64,000 nucleotides of DNA, taken from NCBI RefSeq assembly GCF_006345805.1, contig NC_043001.1, positions 87,668,001-87,732,000 of the forward strand. The letters are read 5' to 3'. This document shows, piece by piece, positions 1-14,138 of the stretch. How positions within the stretch are numbered: the first letter of the stretch is position 1; each line of letters opens with the position of its first letter. The position numbers were made by a program, and so were the translations under genes. Origin of the DNA: Octopus sinensis. Taxonomy: Eukaryota. Below the pieces are notes generated by a model. The model worked only from the letters and a program-made list of their open reading frames with translations. It searched no databases and had not been told where the DNA came from.

Positions 1-264
1 GTACATAACATCATGACTCAAGTCTGTAGAGTTGGATTTTGTGATAATCTTCCATAAACTACAGCACTTAATTTTCAGTATTACCACAGTAAACTGATCG
101 GTTATAAGAACATTATGCATGCTTCTCTATATAATTCATGTATGTGCAGTTTAGATGACAACAGTATTAAATTGTGGGGATATAAGTATGAAAGAATATT
201 CTTAGTAAAAATCACTTTAGACGAGGTTTCAGTAAAAAATATCTGCTAAAAACCATTAACTTAC

Positions 265-355
265 TGTTTTCAGGGTCAGTGTTACGAGTGTCACCATAAT
301 CTGGATCATCTCTGTATTCACGAACAGTAGAGCCATATTTACCAGCCTTCGACAT
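265..355 (-). CDS. First coding exon of an unidentified minus-strand gene continuing left of the window (exon 265-401, ATG at 355): MSKAGKYGSTVREYRDDPDYGDTRNTDPEN + phase-1 base
   Basis: Acceptor tttcttttttctag-like (ttcatttctttttctag) ends at 402; in-frame upstream TAA; ACCATG start; open non-repetitive 30 codons; strong donor A|GTAAGT at 264. Protein not recognised. Confidence 0.65.
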
Positions 356-450
356 GGTTAAGCTGTGTTAGGGTGTCTTTGATTACTTGGTTAGCAAAAC
401 ACTAGAAAAAGAAATGAACATGTATATTAGTTATTGATAAACACACACAC

Positions 451-486
<36 letters not shown>

Positions 487-808
487 TTCAGCAAAAATTT
501 AGATTCGAATGAATATGGTACTTAATTTAGATGCACCAGAATTTTGTATGGTGTTATCCATAAAAATTTACTGGGTGATTATAATCAAAATAAGCAACAA
601 GAATGACACCGGTAATTTGGTACAATTGTTTCACACTACATCATTTTATTAAAAGTTGTAAGTATTACAACAGATTTAAGATGCTGAGTGCTCATCAGCC
701 AATTATAGAGGCTTTCCATTAATATAAAAGCTTTCAAATCAAGTAGCAACATTATAGAGAAGGTAGATATACAGACAAAGATGTAGATTTAAATTTTAAG
801 AACATATG

Positions 809-863
<55 letters not shown>

Positions 864-866
<3 letters not shown>

Positions 867-1148
867 GAGGCGCAATGGCCTAGTGGTTAGGGCAGCGGAC
901 TCGCGGTCACAGGATCACGGTTTTGATTCCCAGATCGGGCGTTGTGAGTGTTTATTGAGCGAAAACACCTTAAAGATCCACGAGGCTCTGGCAGGGGGTG
1001 GTGATCCCTGCTGTAGTCTTTCACCACTCTTTCTTCTGTTGGCGTGCTCGCTTAGCCAGCAGGATGGCGTCATTCGAAGGCTAAAACAATGCGAACGCAT
1101 TGTGACCAGCGATGTGTAACAACATCTGATGGTCTGGTCGGTCACGTG
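864..1148 (+). mobile_element. tRNA-derived SINE (family A, octopus OR/OK-type)
   Basis: A box TGGCCTAGTGG and B box GGTTTTGATTCC; near-identical reverse copy at 22589-22890; (TA)n on both flanks. Confidence 0.9.
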
Positions 1149-1840
1149 ATATATATATATATATATATATACATCTATAAGTAACTGTAATGTATATAAC
1201 ATACAAGTGTGTGTTTGTATTATCATTTTAACTTCCACTTTTCCATACTTGCAAGGGTCACATGACTACAAGGATAGAAACATTGAAAACAATGGGATCA
1301 TACCAAAATGATAATATTTTATTTAGCAGTAAAGCTATTTGTTAGAAATTAAAATGAAAATAGGATGCACCCTTGCTCTTCTCAAAAGATTTACTGGTGC
1401 ATATGAAGTAAACTGGTTTCAAATGATAATTAAAATGTGTCAGGATTTATCGTAAGCTTACTTCTAGTAATAACGATATTACACATCACTATTGCTTGCC
1501 AAATTATATACAATATACTAATGTAGTGACATAGGAGATAGATTCAACTGTTCTCTCCCAAAATCTGTTAACTTGTTTATGGTTATAATAATATTGAATG
1601 TAATTCATTTTACATCATTTTAATGCCATCTTTTCCATGCTTGCATGGGTCAAATGGAGATTGAGATAAATGTTCTATAGTCAAGTGCCCTTCTCGTTTC
1701 CTAGCAAGGTAGTATTTCCCCATGATCAGACATATTTGCACAGAACATTAGAAACAAAATAACATTGCTGGTATGAGAGTCACACTCATTTACTACTACT
1801 ATGTGATGTTAAGACATGAAAACACAAACATACACACACA

Positions 1841-1998
1841 TAAGGCTTTTTACAGTTTCAGTCTACCAAATCCACTCATAAGGCAATTGCTTGACCCAAG
1901 GATATAACAGAAGACACTTGCCCAAGGTTACACACAATAAGACTAAACCCAAAACTATGTGGTTGGGAAGCAAATTTCTCAACCACACAGCTATGCTT
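1841..1998 (-). mobile_element. tRNA-derived SINE fragment (family E)
   Basis: Reverse complement of the tgtggtaag...aaccacatggttc...ttgggcaagtgtcttc...agacggaaactgaaagaag body seen at 19608 and 61850. Confidence 0.75.
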
Positions 1999-3559
1999 GA
2001 ACCTATACATCATATATAGCACATAAATGCAATAATAAATATTACAATATCAAAGCCAGAAATTTTTATAGAATAAGTACTAGGCTTACAAAGAATAAGT
2101 CCTGGGGTCAATTTGTTTGACTAAAGGCAGTGCTCCAGCATGGCCACAGTCAAATGACTGAAACAAAAGAGTAGAAGAGTAGATATCCATTGTTTCACAT
2201 TTGGTTTTGTTCCTCACAAAGTGTTTGATGATGATAACTAGTGAGACTAGTAAGGGTTGCATACCAAGTATATGAAAGTTTAGGCTCAGAAGGCAGGGTT
2301 GATAAAAATAGTATCAATCCAAGGCATTATAATCAAATGAATTAGTCCTCCATATATTATTGATAGTTAAATTTACTGACCCAGAGGAATGAAAAGCAAA
2401 GTCAACCATGGCAAAATTTAAGCTTAAAATATAAAGGCATGTAGCTAATTAATGCAAGATTTCAATCCAGCACTCAATTGTTTATGTCACTTCATTGACC
2501 CATCTAGTAACAGTTTCATAGTTTGGCACGTTGCCACAAATTTACAAGGAAAGAATAATTGATTTCATTGTGTTGTATTATGGGTACCAATCCCATGGCA
2601 ATGGAAAGAACAGAAGGCTTTGGCAGACTATGAACAGGGGATGAAACTGAAATCAAGACATTTCATCTGGTTCTTGCATCCCTCATCACTGTAATGAATT
2701 TTAACAAAGGCACAAGACCTTAAAATTGAGGGATGGGTTTAGTTGATATCATAGATACCAGTACTTGATTGGCACTATATTTTAGTTATCCCTGGAAAAA
2801 TGTAAAATAAAATGAGTCCCAATAAAATTTGAAAACAAAACTATGCCACAAAGCCCTAAACTCAACTTGCCAGGAGCATAAGTTTGGCTCTACCACAGTA
2901 TACATCTCATTATTGACAGTTTTATAAGTTTCTGGTCGAGAAACTGAAAGGGCATTAATGTTTACCCCAACACCAGTACAGCAGTATGTCAAGGATAGCA
3001 ATGTCCAACTCTTAGCAGCTCCATTCACCCAGCTGTTAAAATGTACTATGAAATAGTACACTTCTCTATTTCAAGTAGTAAGACTGTTGTATACAACTGA
3101 TAAGGGCTTTCACACATAAATGCACAATTAACTGAAATGCTTCCTGGATATAAAAAACTTTATAACAAATACAATGAATATAAATGTACCAATCTATGGT
3201 GTCATTTGGATAGTTCCCAACAGTTATTTTAAAACATAATTAAATTTGGAGTAATAGATAGCAGTGTTTATCTTTTAAGTTGTAAAAACATTTGAAAATG
3301 TAATTCCAAATATTTTACAAACTTTAAAAATAATGGACAAATATACATACAATCCTGTTTATACAAGTATCCACACATGTGTACAACTCTGTACACATAA
3401 CTGTGCATGTGCATATCTGCACCACTAGTGTAGCTGGAGTGGGATGGGACGATCCACCCTGGCAGCACTTTTGGGTTGTTGAAGGCAATGTGTGCTTTAT
3501 GTAGGGCCTGGTGGGGAAAACTGAAGGGCAGCCTCAAGTGACACACACACTAGCTAAGC

Positions 3560-4370
3560 TAGTGATCCATACTCTCTAATTATGTTTCCTTGCAATATCC
3601 TACCAGATATATTGATGTTTGAATCTCAAAGGTTATGTCCTAGCACTTACCACCATCTATATCTCTCTCTTCCTTTACTCAGCCATCCCATTTATATTCT
3701 AATCCCAGTCCTTTGTGAGTATGCATGGCACTTTGGCACCATCTCTATCCTGCTGTTTCCTAAACTCTCCTTCTCCTGCACTTCTGTTAGGTTGGATAAC
3801 CATGTATTTCCTTTGCGGCAGTGCACCTGTTTCTGTCCTCATTCCTGATCTCCCTCTCCCCGGCTGGGTAACCTTGTACCTCCTCTACAGTAAGAGGCCT
3901 GTTTCTGTCTAATTATAACCTTTCATCATCTGACACAAGATCATCACCTCCAATGCCCCCCTCCCCTCTCAAAAGAGATTTTTTTACAAGTACTTGGTGA
4001 CCCAATCCATACTGTAAAGTGCTGAGTGGTTGGTGTTAGGAAGGGTATCCAGATGTAAAAATCCTGCCAAAACAGTTGCAGAAGTCTGGTGCAGGCTTCT
4101 GCCTTGTCAGCTCCTGTCAAACAGTCCAAGATCATCACCTCCAATGGCCCCCCCTCCCCTCTCAAAAGAGATTTTTTTGCAAGTACTTGGTGACCCAATC
4201 TATACTGTAAAGTGCTGAGTGGTTGGTGTTAGGAAGCGTATCCAGATGTAAAAATCCTGCCAAAACAGTTGCAGAAGTCTGGTGCAGGCTTCTGCCTCGT
4301 CAGCTCCTGTCAAACTGTCCAACCCATGCCAGCATGGAAGGTGGACGTTAAGTAATTGTAGTTATGATGA
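3560..4370 (+). mobile_element. LINE 3' UTR/tail family ending in (GAT)n, with a 191-bp internal tandem duplication
   Basis: Shares gtggttgg(c/t)gttaggaagggcatccag...aacccatgccagcatgga tail with 23940-24760, 28900-29270, 53455-53605 and 54990-55150. Confidence 0.75.
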
Positions 4371-4899
4371 TATATATAATTGCATACACCCAAACACACA
4401 TTAAACCAACCATGCACTGTATACACACAACCAACAATAGACTAGGTCCCAAGTTAAAATAAATTCCATTGCCAATTCTTTCTCTCTTAAGAATTTAATC
4501 TAAAAATATGTCAACAAAATTCTTGAAATTCTCCAAGAGTTTTCCATGATTAAGGTAGCAAGGTTTGGAAACTGCTTACACAAAGGGAATTGAAATATGT
4601 CCATTCCTCACCCAGTATTTATAATGGTATTGTGTGTATGGATTGCATTAGGACTACACCATTCCTATAAGATATTGTTACTGTAACACCTTTCTGTTGG
4701 TGAATGATGAGCATTGATCCAATAAGTATTCAAATCTAAGAAAATGGGCCAGATTAGAACAGTATCTGAACTAATGAAGTGATACCCTGCTAAAATAGCA
4801 GCCAAATCTCCCCCAAATCACAGTCTACAGTCCTAAAGGAAGGACACATTGGATCATGTTGGCCAATATATTCTCTAAAATGCGGGATGGTCTTAGTTA

Positions 4900-7300
4900 C
4901 AATGCCTTCGATAAGTTTGGTCTATTATTGTTGACGTGGGGCTAAACAATAAGTACAGTTGACTAACAGATGAAGAAATATTAAAATCGCCAAGAGACCA
5001 TTTTTGCAATCTCATAGTAAACTTATCTAATTGGAATTTTCATTAATGGGACACGGGAATATTGGACGGTTTACGCATTTCTCAGTAACGAAGGGTTTTT
5101 TTTTATCTTTTTAACGTATGTAAAACATCTACCTGGGTGTTAATCTCAGAGGGTTCAATCTACAGCTCCCGCCGAAGTGCGAGGCAGTTGTAAATTGAAC
5201 TCATGATCATTATGAATTGATGGCTTTACGAGTCTAACCTGTATTTGGATGTATAAAATCTTATTACAAAAAATCCTCCAGAAAAACCACTGTATTATGA
5301 AGCTCACTTTTATTTGTTAGTGAAAAATGAATTATGTCGGGTGTTTAACAATTGGCTGTTAAAGTACATGATAACATCCAACCTTTCAAGTTTTTGACCC
5401 CACCGCCCCAAAAAACAAACAAAAAACTCGCACTCAAACACACGTTTATTATTGTCGGTTAAATGGTTATGTTGTCACCAACCATGCTAAGAAGGGAACA
5501 CTCCATCTAAAACAAAAAGCTAAGAAATATGCTCAATTTCTTATATACGATTATAATAATTAACCCCACCCCTCATTTTCTGACGTTCCCCACTTGTCCT
5601 GAATATATACAATATTTTGGAATTATAAAAGACCCCTGCACATATGCGTATGTTGTGACGTTGATGCTTTTGCCGATAGCATTAGCAATGTAATTAAAAC
5701 CATTTCGATAAATTTAAAACAATAAAAGGACATGAATGACAGACAGACAATACGTAAAAGTGGTAGACTTTGCCTATAGTTGAGGGTACTTCATGATTTA
5801 ATTCAAATTCCTCTTTGGCTGACTTTTCCTCTTCGTGTGGGCTCGATAAAATAAAGTTTCAGTTATGTAATAAGGTAGGTGGCAGCTACGATCCCACCCA
5901 CAACCTTATAAAATGTCTGGCATTGTGCCTTAGTGGTAAATAATTAAAAGTAATTGAAATACACTCCCAAAAACTGGACTGCAGAGATAGATGAACCACT
6001 TCCTTTAACCATAATAAATTCACAACATCGCGGTTCTGAGTTCAACTGTAGCTGAGCGTAGGTTTTCATAAATTACAACTTCCACGTCGATAAAACAAGT
6101 ACCAGTAACGTACGGCGGTATCAGGAATTCAATACTTTTTTCTTTCTCATACAAGACCCCTAACTACGAAGTAAAAACAACCACAAACATATACTTGTTA
6201 TTCACATGTGTGCAAGGTGTGTGTGTGTATAAGAATCACATAAGGTTAAGTACATTTTAAATACACGAAGAATTTTATCTATCTACTCATTTATACGAGT
6301 GACATAATGTAACTTTGGCTTCTTGTGTATGGAAGAAAACAGTTTCTCAACTAATATAGGTTAAAAATGAACTATGGAATCTAGAGAATCAGAAACTCTA
6401 GCCATGCTATTCTTATTACTCCCCCCAAAATATCTTATAGGACCCGGATAATAATAAACACTGAACTCAACTGTTTTTACTTAATACAGGGGGAAAAAGT
6501 ATCTAATAATAAAATAGATACAATTACATCGTGATTATATGTTATCAAAAATAAATTATAAGTAATAAAAGATTAAAAAGGAAAGAAATAAAAAGACAAA
6601 AAAGCTGCTCAAAATTAAAGCAATGATGTCACAACAAGACACGAGACTGGAAAACATTGACAGAAGAAAAAAAAAACAAAAACCAAACTTGTTAAAAAAA
6701 GCTTTACGTGAAGACATTTGAAAAAATATGGAAGAGGTAAATATATGTGAAATGGTATATAGTGAGGGTAATTTTTCAAAAAAAAAAAAGTTTACCTTAA
6801 AAGCGAGTGAAGTAACTCGGTAGTACGATACTACATGTCATAGAGGTTGTGTCATTTAAACAACTGCTGCTGGGTTGAAAGACCTAACACCAGTCAGGTG
6901 ATAAATAAGTAGGTTGGAGTTACTTCCCCTCGCATTCATTATACTTTCACCGTCGTTACCACTACCACCAACATGATCTGATAACTACCAAAGGCCGTTC
7001 TGTCGATTCTGTTATTGTTATTTTACGGGCTGATTTTTATTTTACATACACACATACGCATAGTTTACAGTTCCAATATAGGTATGATCAACAAAAATGT
7101 ACTCCATCCAGTTAGATATAAATATCATTTAATATACCCAATTATATATATGGGACGGCAAACTTCGTCTTTCATCCCTCCAGAACTGATAAAATAAAAT
7201 ATCAAATACTGGGGTCGATGATATCGACTACTTCGCTTCGAAATTGCTGGCCTTGTGCTTTCATCCAATGATATGCAGCGAGCTCGTATAATCGTTTGAG
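4900..7300. promoter_or_regulatory. Repeat-poor, CpG-retaining promoter-like island, possibly bidirectional
   Basis: Visibly more CpG than the flanks; no SINE or microsatellite; GC box CCGCCCC 5403, reverse CCAAT 5351, CACCC box ~5566, TGACGT half-CRE at 5581 and 5656; candidate donors on - (5132, 6795) and + (5875). Confidence 0.45.
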
Positions 7301-8357
7301 CATCGGAAAAGAAAATCTTTGCTGTATTTTTGTCGGCTCTTTACCTTCTGGGTTCAAATCCCGCTAGGTCATTTTCGCTTTTCAGTTCTCCGGGGTTTTT
7401 ATGAAATAAAATGCTCGTTATGTATTAGGGTCAGTGGGATCGACTGCCCCCCTTACACCAAATTTGCTAGTCTTGTTCCTAAATTAGAAATGCTATTCAG
7501 TTAGTCATTTTGTTTTTCTTTATATATATATATATACATTCATATATCTGAAGAGTACAACAATAGCTAGTTAGTCATGGCTATATGTAATTCAGTATCC
7601 TTTGTTTACACACCCTCTCAAAATTTCCTCCTGCAAAATTTTATGCTTTGGGAGGGGTGAATGTTTAGCATAAAATAAAATCTCATTCATTATTTGTTTC
7701 AAAGTATTGACACAACATAGACTGTTTACTTCTTTGTCCATTGTTCAATCATTTTTACGTTGCTAATACGTTCCTTTACTGTCATATGATAGAATTAATG
7801 TTAGCTTTTTATTTATAATTTAAAACAACATTGATATGTAATTTTTACCCACTTCCCTTACGCCTCACCGAATTTTCTCTTTAAATCGGTGTTTATATTT
7901 CATTAAATTGTATTTCATTTTCCCTACTGAATTGTTTGATCATGAAACTCCGATAATCAAAGATTTTAAAATCTAATTTAGTAACGCAAATATCAACTTT
8001 TGTTGAAAATATTTCGGAAAGGATAAGACTATAAGCTTCGGGTAGTTTGACCTATAAAGTGAAACCAGTATGTTAATAATATTGACATAACTTGTTAAGT
8101 GAGATATCCTGTCTCAGTTGTCATTTGGAAATACCCACATTCTGACACTATCAAGCAATATCGACCAGTATTGAAGCTACTGAGGAATAGCCGAAATTAA
8201 AAGATGAGTAAAGCATGCTAGTCTCACAGTCTGTTTCCATGAGTCTATTCTGCCACTACCGTTATTTTCTTTACGAACCATTAAGACACTCTGAACATAT
8301 GGTTGTAAAAGTAAATCAATAAAGGTGAATAACTGATAAACTTACAGGAAGTTTATA

Positions 8358-8888
8358 GGCACAAGGCCAGAAATTTTGGAGGGAGGGGGATTGTCGATTA
8401 CATCGACTCCTGTGCTTAACTTATTTTATCTACCTCAAAAAGAAGAAAGGCAAAGTTGACCTTGGTGGAATTTGAACCCAGAACGTAAAGACTGACGACA
8501 TGCCACCGAACATTTTGTCCTATAAGCAAATGATTTTACCAGGTCACCGCCTTAATATGATTAATAATACGACAATAACTGTTAATTTCCAAGTCGTTTT
8601 CGTCACATATAGTCACATATTTCCAGGAATAAAACTAGAGAGTTTTGCACATGTTCATATGCCCGTTAATATATTGGTTTCAAATTTTTGCACAAGACCA
8701 GCAAGTTGTTGTAGAGGGGGTACGCTGGTTACGTCGACCCCTATGTTTTAATGATACTTCTTTTATCAACCCCAAAAGGATGAAAGGTAAAGTTGACCTC
8801 GGTGGAATTTGAACTTCAAACATAAAGACTGATGAAATGCTAAGCATTTTGCTTGGCATGCAAACGATTCTGCCAGCTTGCCGCCTTA
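8358..8888 (-). mobile_element. Two degenerate family D SINE copies (8358-8535, 8680-8888)
   Basis: Core aaaggatgaaaggcaaagttgacctcggtggaatttgaac shared with 17650-17880, 40948-41184 and 43405-43525. Confidence 0.75.
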
Positions 8889-9054
8889 GTACCCATTAAT
8901 AAATTGGAAAAATAATCGTTTCAAAACAGAAAATAATAAAATAAAGGACGTTCACATTGGAGTGTAGGAGATGTTAAGTTCCTGAAACACTTGCTATTCT
9001 CATCTCTCTTTCTCCTCTCATCACCCACTACTGTGATTATACTCTCCTACTACA

Positions 9055-9130
9055 GACAAGGGCAACCATTTTAGAGACACAGGCTGCAATGATTCATTAT
9101 CAGGCAGGTTGCACCACTAAAAAGAATCAA
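9055..9130 (+). CDS. Candidate internal exon (TRATILETQAAMIHYQAGCTTKKNQ)
   Basis: Polypyrimidine tract plus tacag acceptor, open phase-0 frame, AAG|GTAATT donor. No homology recognised; may be chance. Confidence 0.2.
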
Positions 9131-9419
9131 GGTAATTTTATATTAGGGCCATTCTGTAGGGTTCGCAGGTTACCGTTTGGGATACGAAGGGTATGTAGCA
9201 CTCAATACAGGATGCCCTACCTCTCAGCAATCTGGTATAAAGAGGCTGTCTTTCAATATATAAAGGTATCTTGACATCTTAGAAAACATAATGTGTCCTT
9301 TCTTATGATAAATAGCCATAGATTTTGCCACATTAGAGACACCAATTTATCCAATTAAAAAACAGTTTGCTACTCAGTCCCAAAAGCAGCTACAATTCCC
9401 AAGAGACAGAGAAAAGGCA

Positions 9420-11370
9420 AACAATAGAACATTCCTGAAAATGTATCTATGACAGGTCACCTCTGAGGCTCTCACAAGTGCTACTGGCAACATGGAATCC
9501 AGTACAACCTGTTGCAGGGTCGGGTTGTCACCAACTAAACCGGCACCCCCACCAGGCTACCCTGGTGAGGAGGGTTGCTAGAAACCCAGCAGAATTAAAA
9601 ACAAGACTGCTGATGCAAATGACAGCAAGAAGCTTTACCAGCTTATGAAGCAAGTTTACGGGTCTAAGAGCTCTGCATCAGTTCCTTTGCTTTCCAAGGA
9701 ATCTTCTATTCTATTTACTAAATCAACAGAAATCATAGGTTGCTGGATTGAACACTTCTCTGAACTCCTAAACCGTGAGTAAGTTGTGGATGAAACAATG
9801 ATTGATACTATGAAACAAAGACCTATCATTGGCTCCTTAAATTCCATACCCTCAATAGATGAGGTAATGACATCAATAAGTAAATTGAGCCTTAATAGGG
9901 CACTTGGAAGGGATGGAATTTGTGCTGAGGTCTTGCAAGGTCCCTTCATGAACTTATTAGTGTAGTCAGGAGGGATGGTGCAATGCCTAAGGATTGGAAG
10001 GATGCAATTATTCATCCTCCCTATAAAGGAAAAGGGGCCAGAACAACGTGAGGTAACTACTGAAGTATTGCTCTACTATCATGTGCTGGCAAGGTTCTGG
10101 CAAATATACTTCTTACCTGCCTGAATGGGTGTCTTGTAAATGATGTCCTATTTGAATCTCAATGTGGCTTCCGATCTTGTAGAGAGACAATGGATATGAT
10201 TTTCACAGCAAGATGGATGCAGGAGAAGTACTATGAGCAGAATATGGATCTTGTCCAGGTATTCATTGATTTAAGGAAGGCCTCTGATACTGTAAAAATG
10301 GCCTTGCTATGGAAAATAATCAGCAAACTTGGATGTCTGGATCACTTTGTATCTATAATCAAATCATTTTATGATGGGATCACTTTGTACCGATAATTAA
10401 ACCATTTCATGACAGTTCAATGTTGGAGGTGGTATAGTGGGATCCATTCCTGTGGAGAATGGTGTCAAGCAGGGTGACATCCTTGCTCCAACTCTCTTTT
10501 CTTTGTACTTTGCTGCTGCTTTTACTCATGCTTTTGCTAAGGTTAGCTCTCTGGGAATATATGTCAGGTACCAATCTTCTGGCTGCCTCTTCAATCTGCA
10601 TCGATTTGCTGCTAATTCAAAAGTTTTCCAGTTTCTTATTTGTGACCTCCTTTAAACAGATGACTGTGACTTAGTCACTCATACAGTGGATGACATGCAA
10701 ATATTTATGAATCATATTTCTGCTTCTTGCAAGGCATTTGGACTCAGCATTAGCCTGAACAAAACTGTTGTAATGTTCCAGCCTGCAGCAGGAAGTGTAC
10801 TGACACCGCTCCTTTACTCATGTGAAACATGGACCCTTTAACTTCATGTAAGGGCCTTTGAACACTTTCATCAGCGATGTCTCAGATGTATTCTGAATGT
10901 TGGCCGGACCTTAAAAACTCCAGACACACAGGTCCTGGGGACAGCTGATATCTTGAGTATTGAGGTGATGGGGCACAAGCACTGGTTACATTGGACTGGA
11001 CACCTTATTTGAATGAAGGATAGCAGGATCCCTAAGCAGATGCTATATGGGAAACTTGTTAATGGAAAGAGACCTCGGCAAAAACCAAGGCTGTGATTTA
11101 AGGACTGTGTCAAGCCCTCATTAAAGGCCTGTGATATGCAGGAGACTGACTGGAAGAGCAATGCCTGTCATCACCCTAGATGGAGGAGGCAGGTTAAGGA
11201 GGGGATCAACGCCTTTGAGAGAGCATGTATTCTGCATGAAGAACTTAAGCATGCTGCTCAAAAGTGCACTGCTAGTGTAGTGAATGGGGAAAGCTGGGTT
11301 TGCAATGTTTGCAGTTGTGTGTGCTTGTCAAGAGCAGGGCTCATTAGCCACTAATGGAGCTGAAAATGCA
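9420..11370 (+). mobile_element. Degenerate RTE-clade (BovB-like) LINE with reverse transcriptase remnant and internal deletions
   Basis: RT motifs IFTARWMQEK...VFIDLRKASDTV, GVKQGDILAPTLFSLYF, GLSISLNKT, RLHWTGHLI; many stops and frameshifts. Confidence 0.9.
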
Positions 11371-11901
11371 AAATCTAAGTTAGTCCTAGAGTGTACAATA
11401 TTCCTGATAGTCAGCTATAGTGTTCCTCGGTCATGAGTGAATGGTCATCATGTATGTATGTATGTATCTGTGAGTGTGTGTGTGTAAGTGTAATGTATAT
11501 AAAGATAAAGAGGTTGATAGAAAGAAGTTATTGTCTCTAGGTCAAATTCCTTTCAATGCATGACTGAGTAATGATCTTGGCTTGCCCACTTGCAGTTAAA
11601 GGTGCACACACACACACACACACACACACACTGCTACTTCTAAACTTAATTATTTCAGTGAAACATTGAAAACAAGCCTTATTTTATGAAACAAGTAAGG
11701 AATATGTTCCAAAATCTAAATTTTGAATTTAGTTTTAATTATAAAATTACATCTCTCAACAGCTAAAAGCATTTCTTTTTCAGTTTCAGAATTATTACAT
11801 ATACGTTCAAATGTTTTTCATTAAATCAAACCTTTTCCTTTCTTTCTTTTTTAATATATTTCATCATTCCGTAAAACACTTGAAATTACTTTAAGGAAGC
11901 A

Positions 11902-12727
11902 GGGGTAAAATTGGTAACCGGGGCAAAATGAGTAATTTCTGATTTCTGTTTTTTTCCTCAACCCATTATATTGCAAATATAGCATCCTCATTTTGTACTG
12001 TTGCATCATCTCTAGGAATAAAAATTGCTCAGTATAGTTGTTGTTCTTGTTGAAGCTGAGAGAATTTGAAACATATCCTCAATTTTGACCCAATTGTAAC
12101 TGCAGTATTTAATAAAATACCTGGATAATTTTTGGTGTTTAATCACCAATATCCTTTTCTCTCTTTTGCATACTAATATCTAATTTGATAATTTTCAAGC
12201 TTCAAAAACAAAAAGTCTAAATTGGGGTAAAATGAGCAACTACATAGTGCATAAATATATATGGAAGTGAACCATTCAAGCAGATCATAAAGAAGCTTTA
12301 AAGAATATTTTATATGGAAGTTTTGATTTAGTTGAGTCTTCTTAATGTCACATCATGCTGTTTTTCCTTGATTTTCTTTCAATTGACCAAGATATTTTAA
12401 ACTTTTCTTGCATTTCTGATCTTTCTGATGTCTAAGGATGGATGTTTATGTGTATGAGTCTTTTCAAATGTAATACTAAAAAAGTGAAGAGACAAATTTA
12501 TCTTATTTTGTCTTACTCATTTTAGCCCATCTAAATTTGTCTTTTATATGCTCAAAGAGAACAGTGATAATTTTCTGAAATAATGTTCTGAATATGTTAT
12601 TGTGATTTTACTGCTTTTAGAGAAGGTCCTTGTTTAGTTGACATAGTTTTTGCGAGGTAGTGGACATTTGCAAAAAATATATTTTTTCCAGAGCCAAAAG
12701 AGCAATAAATATTACTTATTATGCTCC
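11902..12727. mobile_element. MITE-like non-autonomous DNA transposon
   Basis: ggggcaaaatgagtaat at 11920 matched imperfectly by attacttattatgctcc at 12711-12727; internal copies of the motif at ~12222 (+) and ~12513 (-). Superfamily unassigned. Confidence 0.45.
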
Positions 12728-12730
12728 ATC

Positions 12731-13385
12731 GTGAAGGCGCATGGCTCAGTGGTTAGAGTGTTGAGCTTATGATCGTAAGGTTGTGAGCTCGAATCCTGGA
12801 CTGAGCTGCATGTAGTGTTCTTGAGCAAGACACTTTATTTCACATTGCTCCAGTTCACTCAGCTGTAGAAATGAGTTGTGACATCACAGGTGCCAAGCTG
12901 TATCGGCCCTTGCCTTTCCCTTGGATAACACAGGTGGCACGGAGAGGGGAGGCCAGTTTTTGTTCCTTTTCCAGCCATGCCTGGCTCATAAGGGCCGGTT
13001 TCCTGGTTTCCTTGGCGTATAGGTTCCCCACCTGGACGGGACGCTGGTCTGTTACAGGTGAGCTGCTAGATGCAGGAGGAAAGAGTGAGAGAAAGTTGTG
13101 GTGAAAGAGTCAGCAGAAGTTCGCCATTACTTTCTGCCGGAGTCGCGTGGAGCTTAGGTGTTTTGCTCATAAACACACACATCACCCGGTCTGAGATTTG
13201 AAACCACGATCCCTCAACCATGAGTCTGCTGCTCTAACCACTTGGTCATGTGCCTCCACCGGGGAGGCCAGTATGCATAGGTGACTGCTGGTCTTCCATA
13301 AACAACCTTGTCTGGACTGGTGCCTAGGAGGGTAACTTTCTAGGTGCAATCTCATGGTCAGTGTCGTGACCGAAGGGGGTCTCAG
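12731..13385 (+). mobile_element. Family B tRNA-derived SINE interrupted by a family C SINE (12958-13260, minus)
   Basis: 12-bp TSD ggggaggccagt at 12946-12957 and 13261-13272; the outer halves join to match the intact B copy at 32611-32950. Confidence 0.92.
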
Positions 13386-13991
13386 ATTATGATCCATCTA
13401 CCCAACACTGGAAACTGAAAAAGCAGACTTTCAGAATAGCTGTCCCACATAAGTTTCCTGTTTTTGTCAGGATTTACCCTTTTTTTTATTCACACAGTGC
13501 AAAACAATAAAGGGAAGCTTTTTTGAAAGAAGAATTTTAAAAATCCATGTCACCCCACCCCCACTTTGGAACAGCAACAACCACTAAAATGATCTTACCC
13601 CTTCTTCCTGCTTTCATTGTACTTTTCACAATGAAGGAAAAGTCAAACACTGCTAGTGGATGTGTGAAAAACAAAAGTTTTGTATTTTGTAAAGCATATC
13701 TATAAAGCGACATTTTCACTTATTTATTTGAACTTTCCCTGCTAACTCATCAAATTCAATTACATGCAATGGATGGGTTTTGAGATGTAAATTTGATAAT
13801 TTTCCAAGTTTTTAATTCTTGTGTATGAGGGGCCCACTGAACTTGAAGTGCCCCGGGCCCCATCATGGTTTAAATTCAATCCTGTGTGAAGGAGGGTAGG
13901 AGTGCTATTCAACCCTTCTTTTTTGTAGGAGAAATCAATAAAAATGGAATGGAATGGAAGCTGTGTTTGGGATGAGATATGTTGTGTGCAT

Positions 13992-14138
<147 letters not shown>

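Noticed and set aside
2786-3061. 91-aa non-repetitive minus ORF
   Set aside because: No splice or start context and no recognisable motif; the length is expected by chance.
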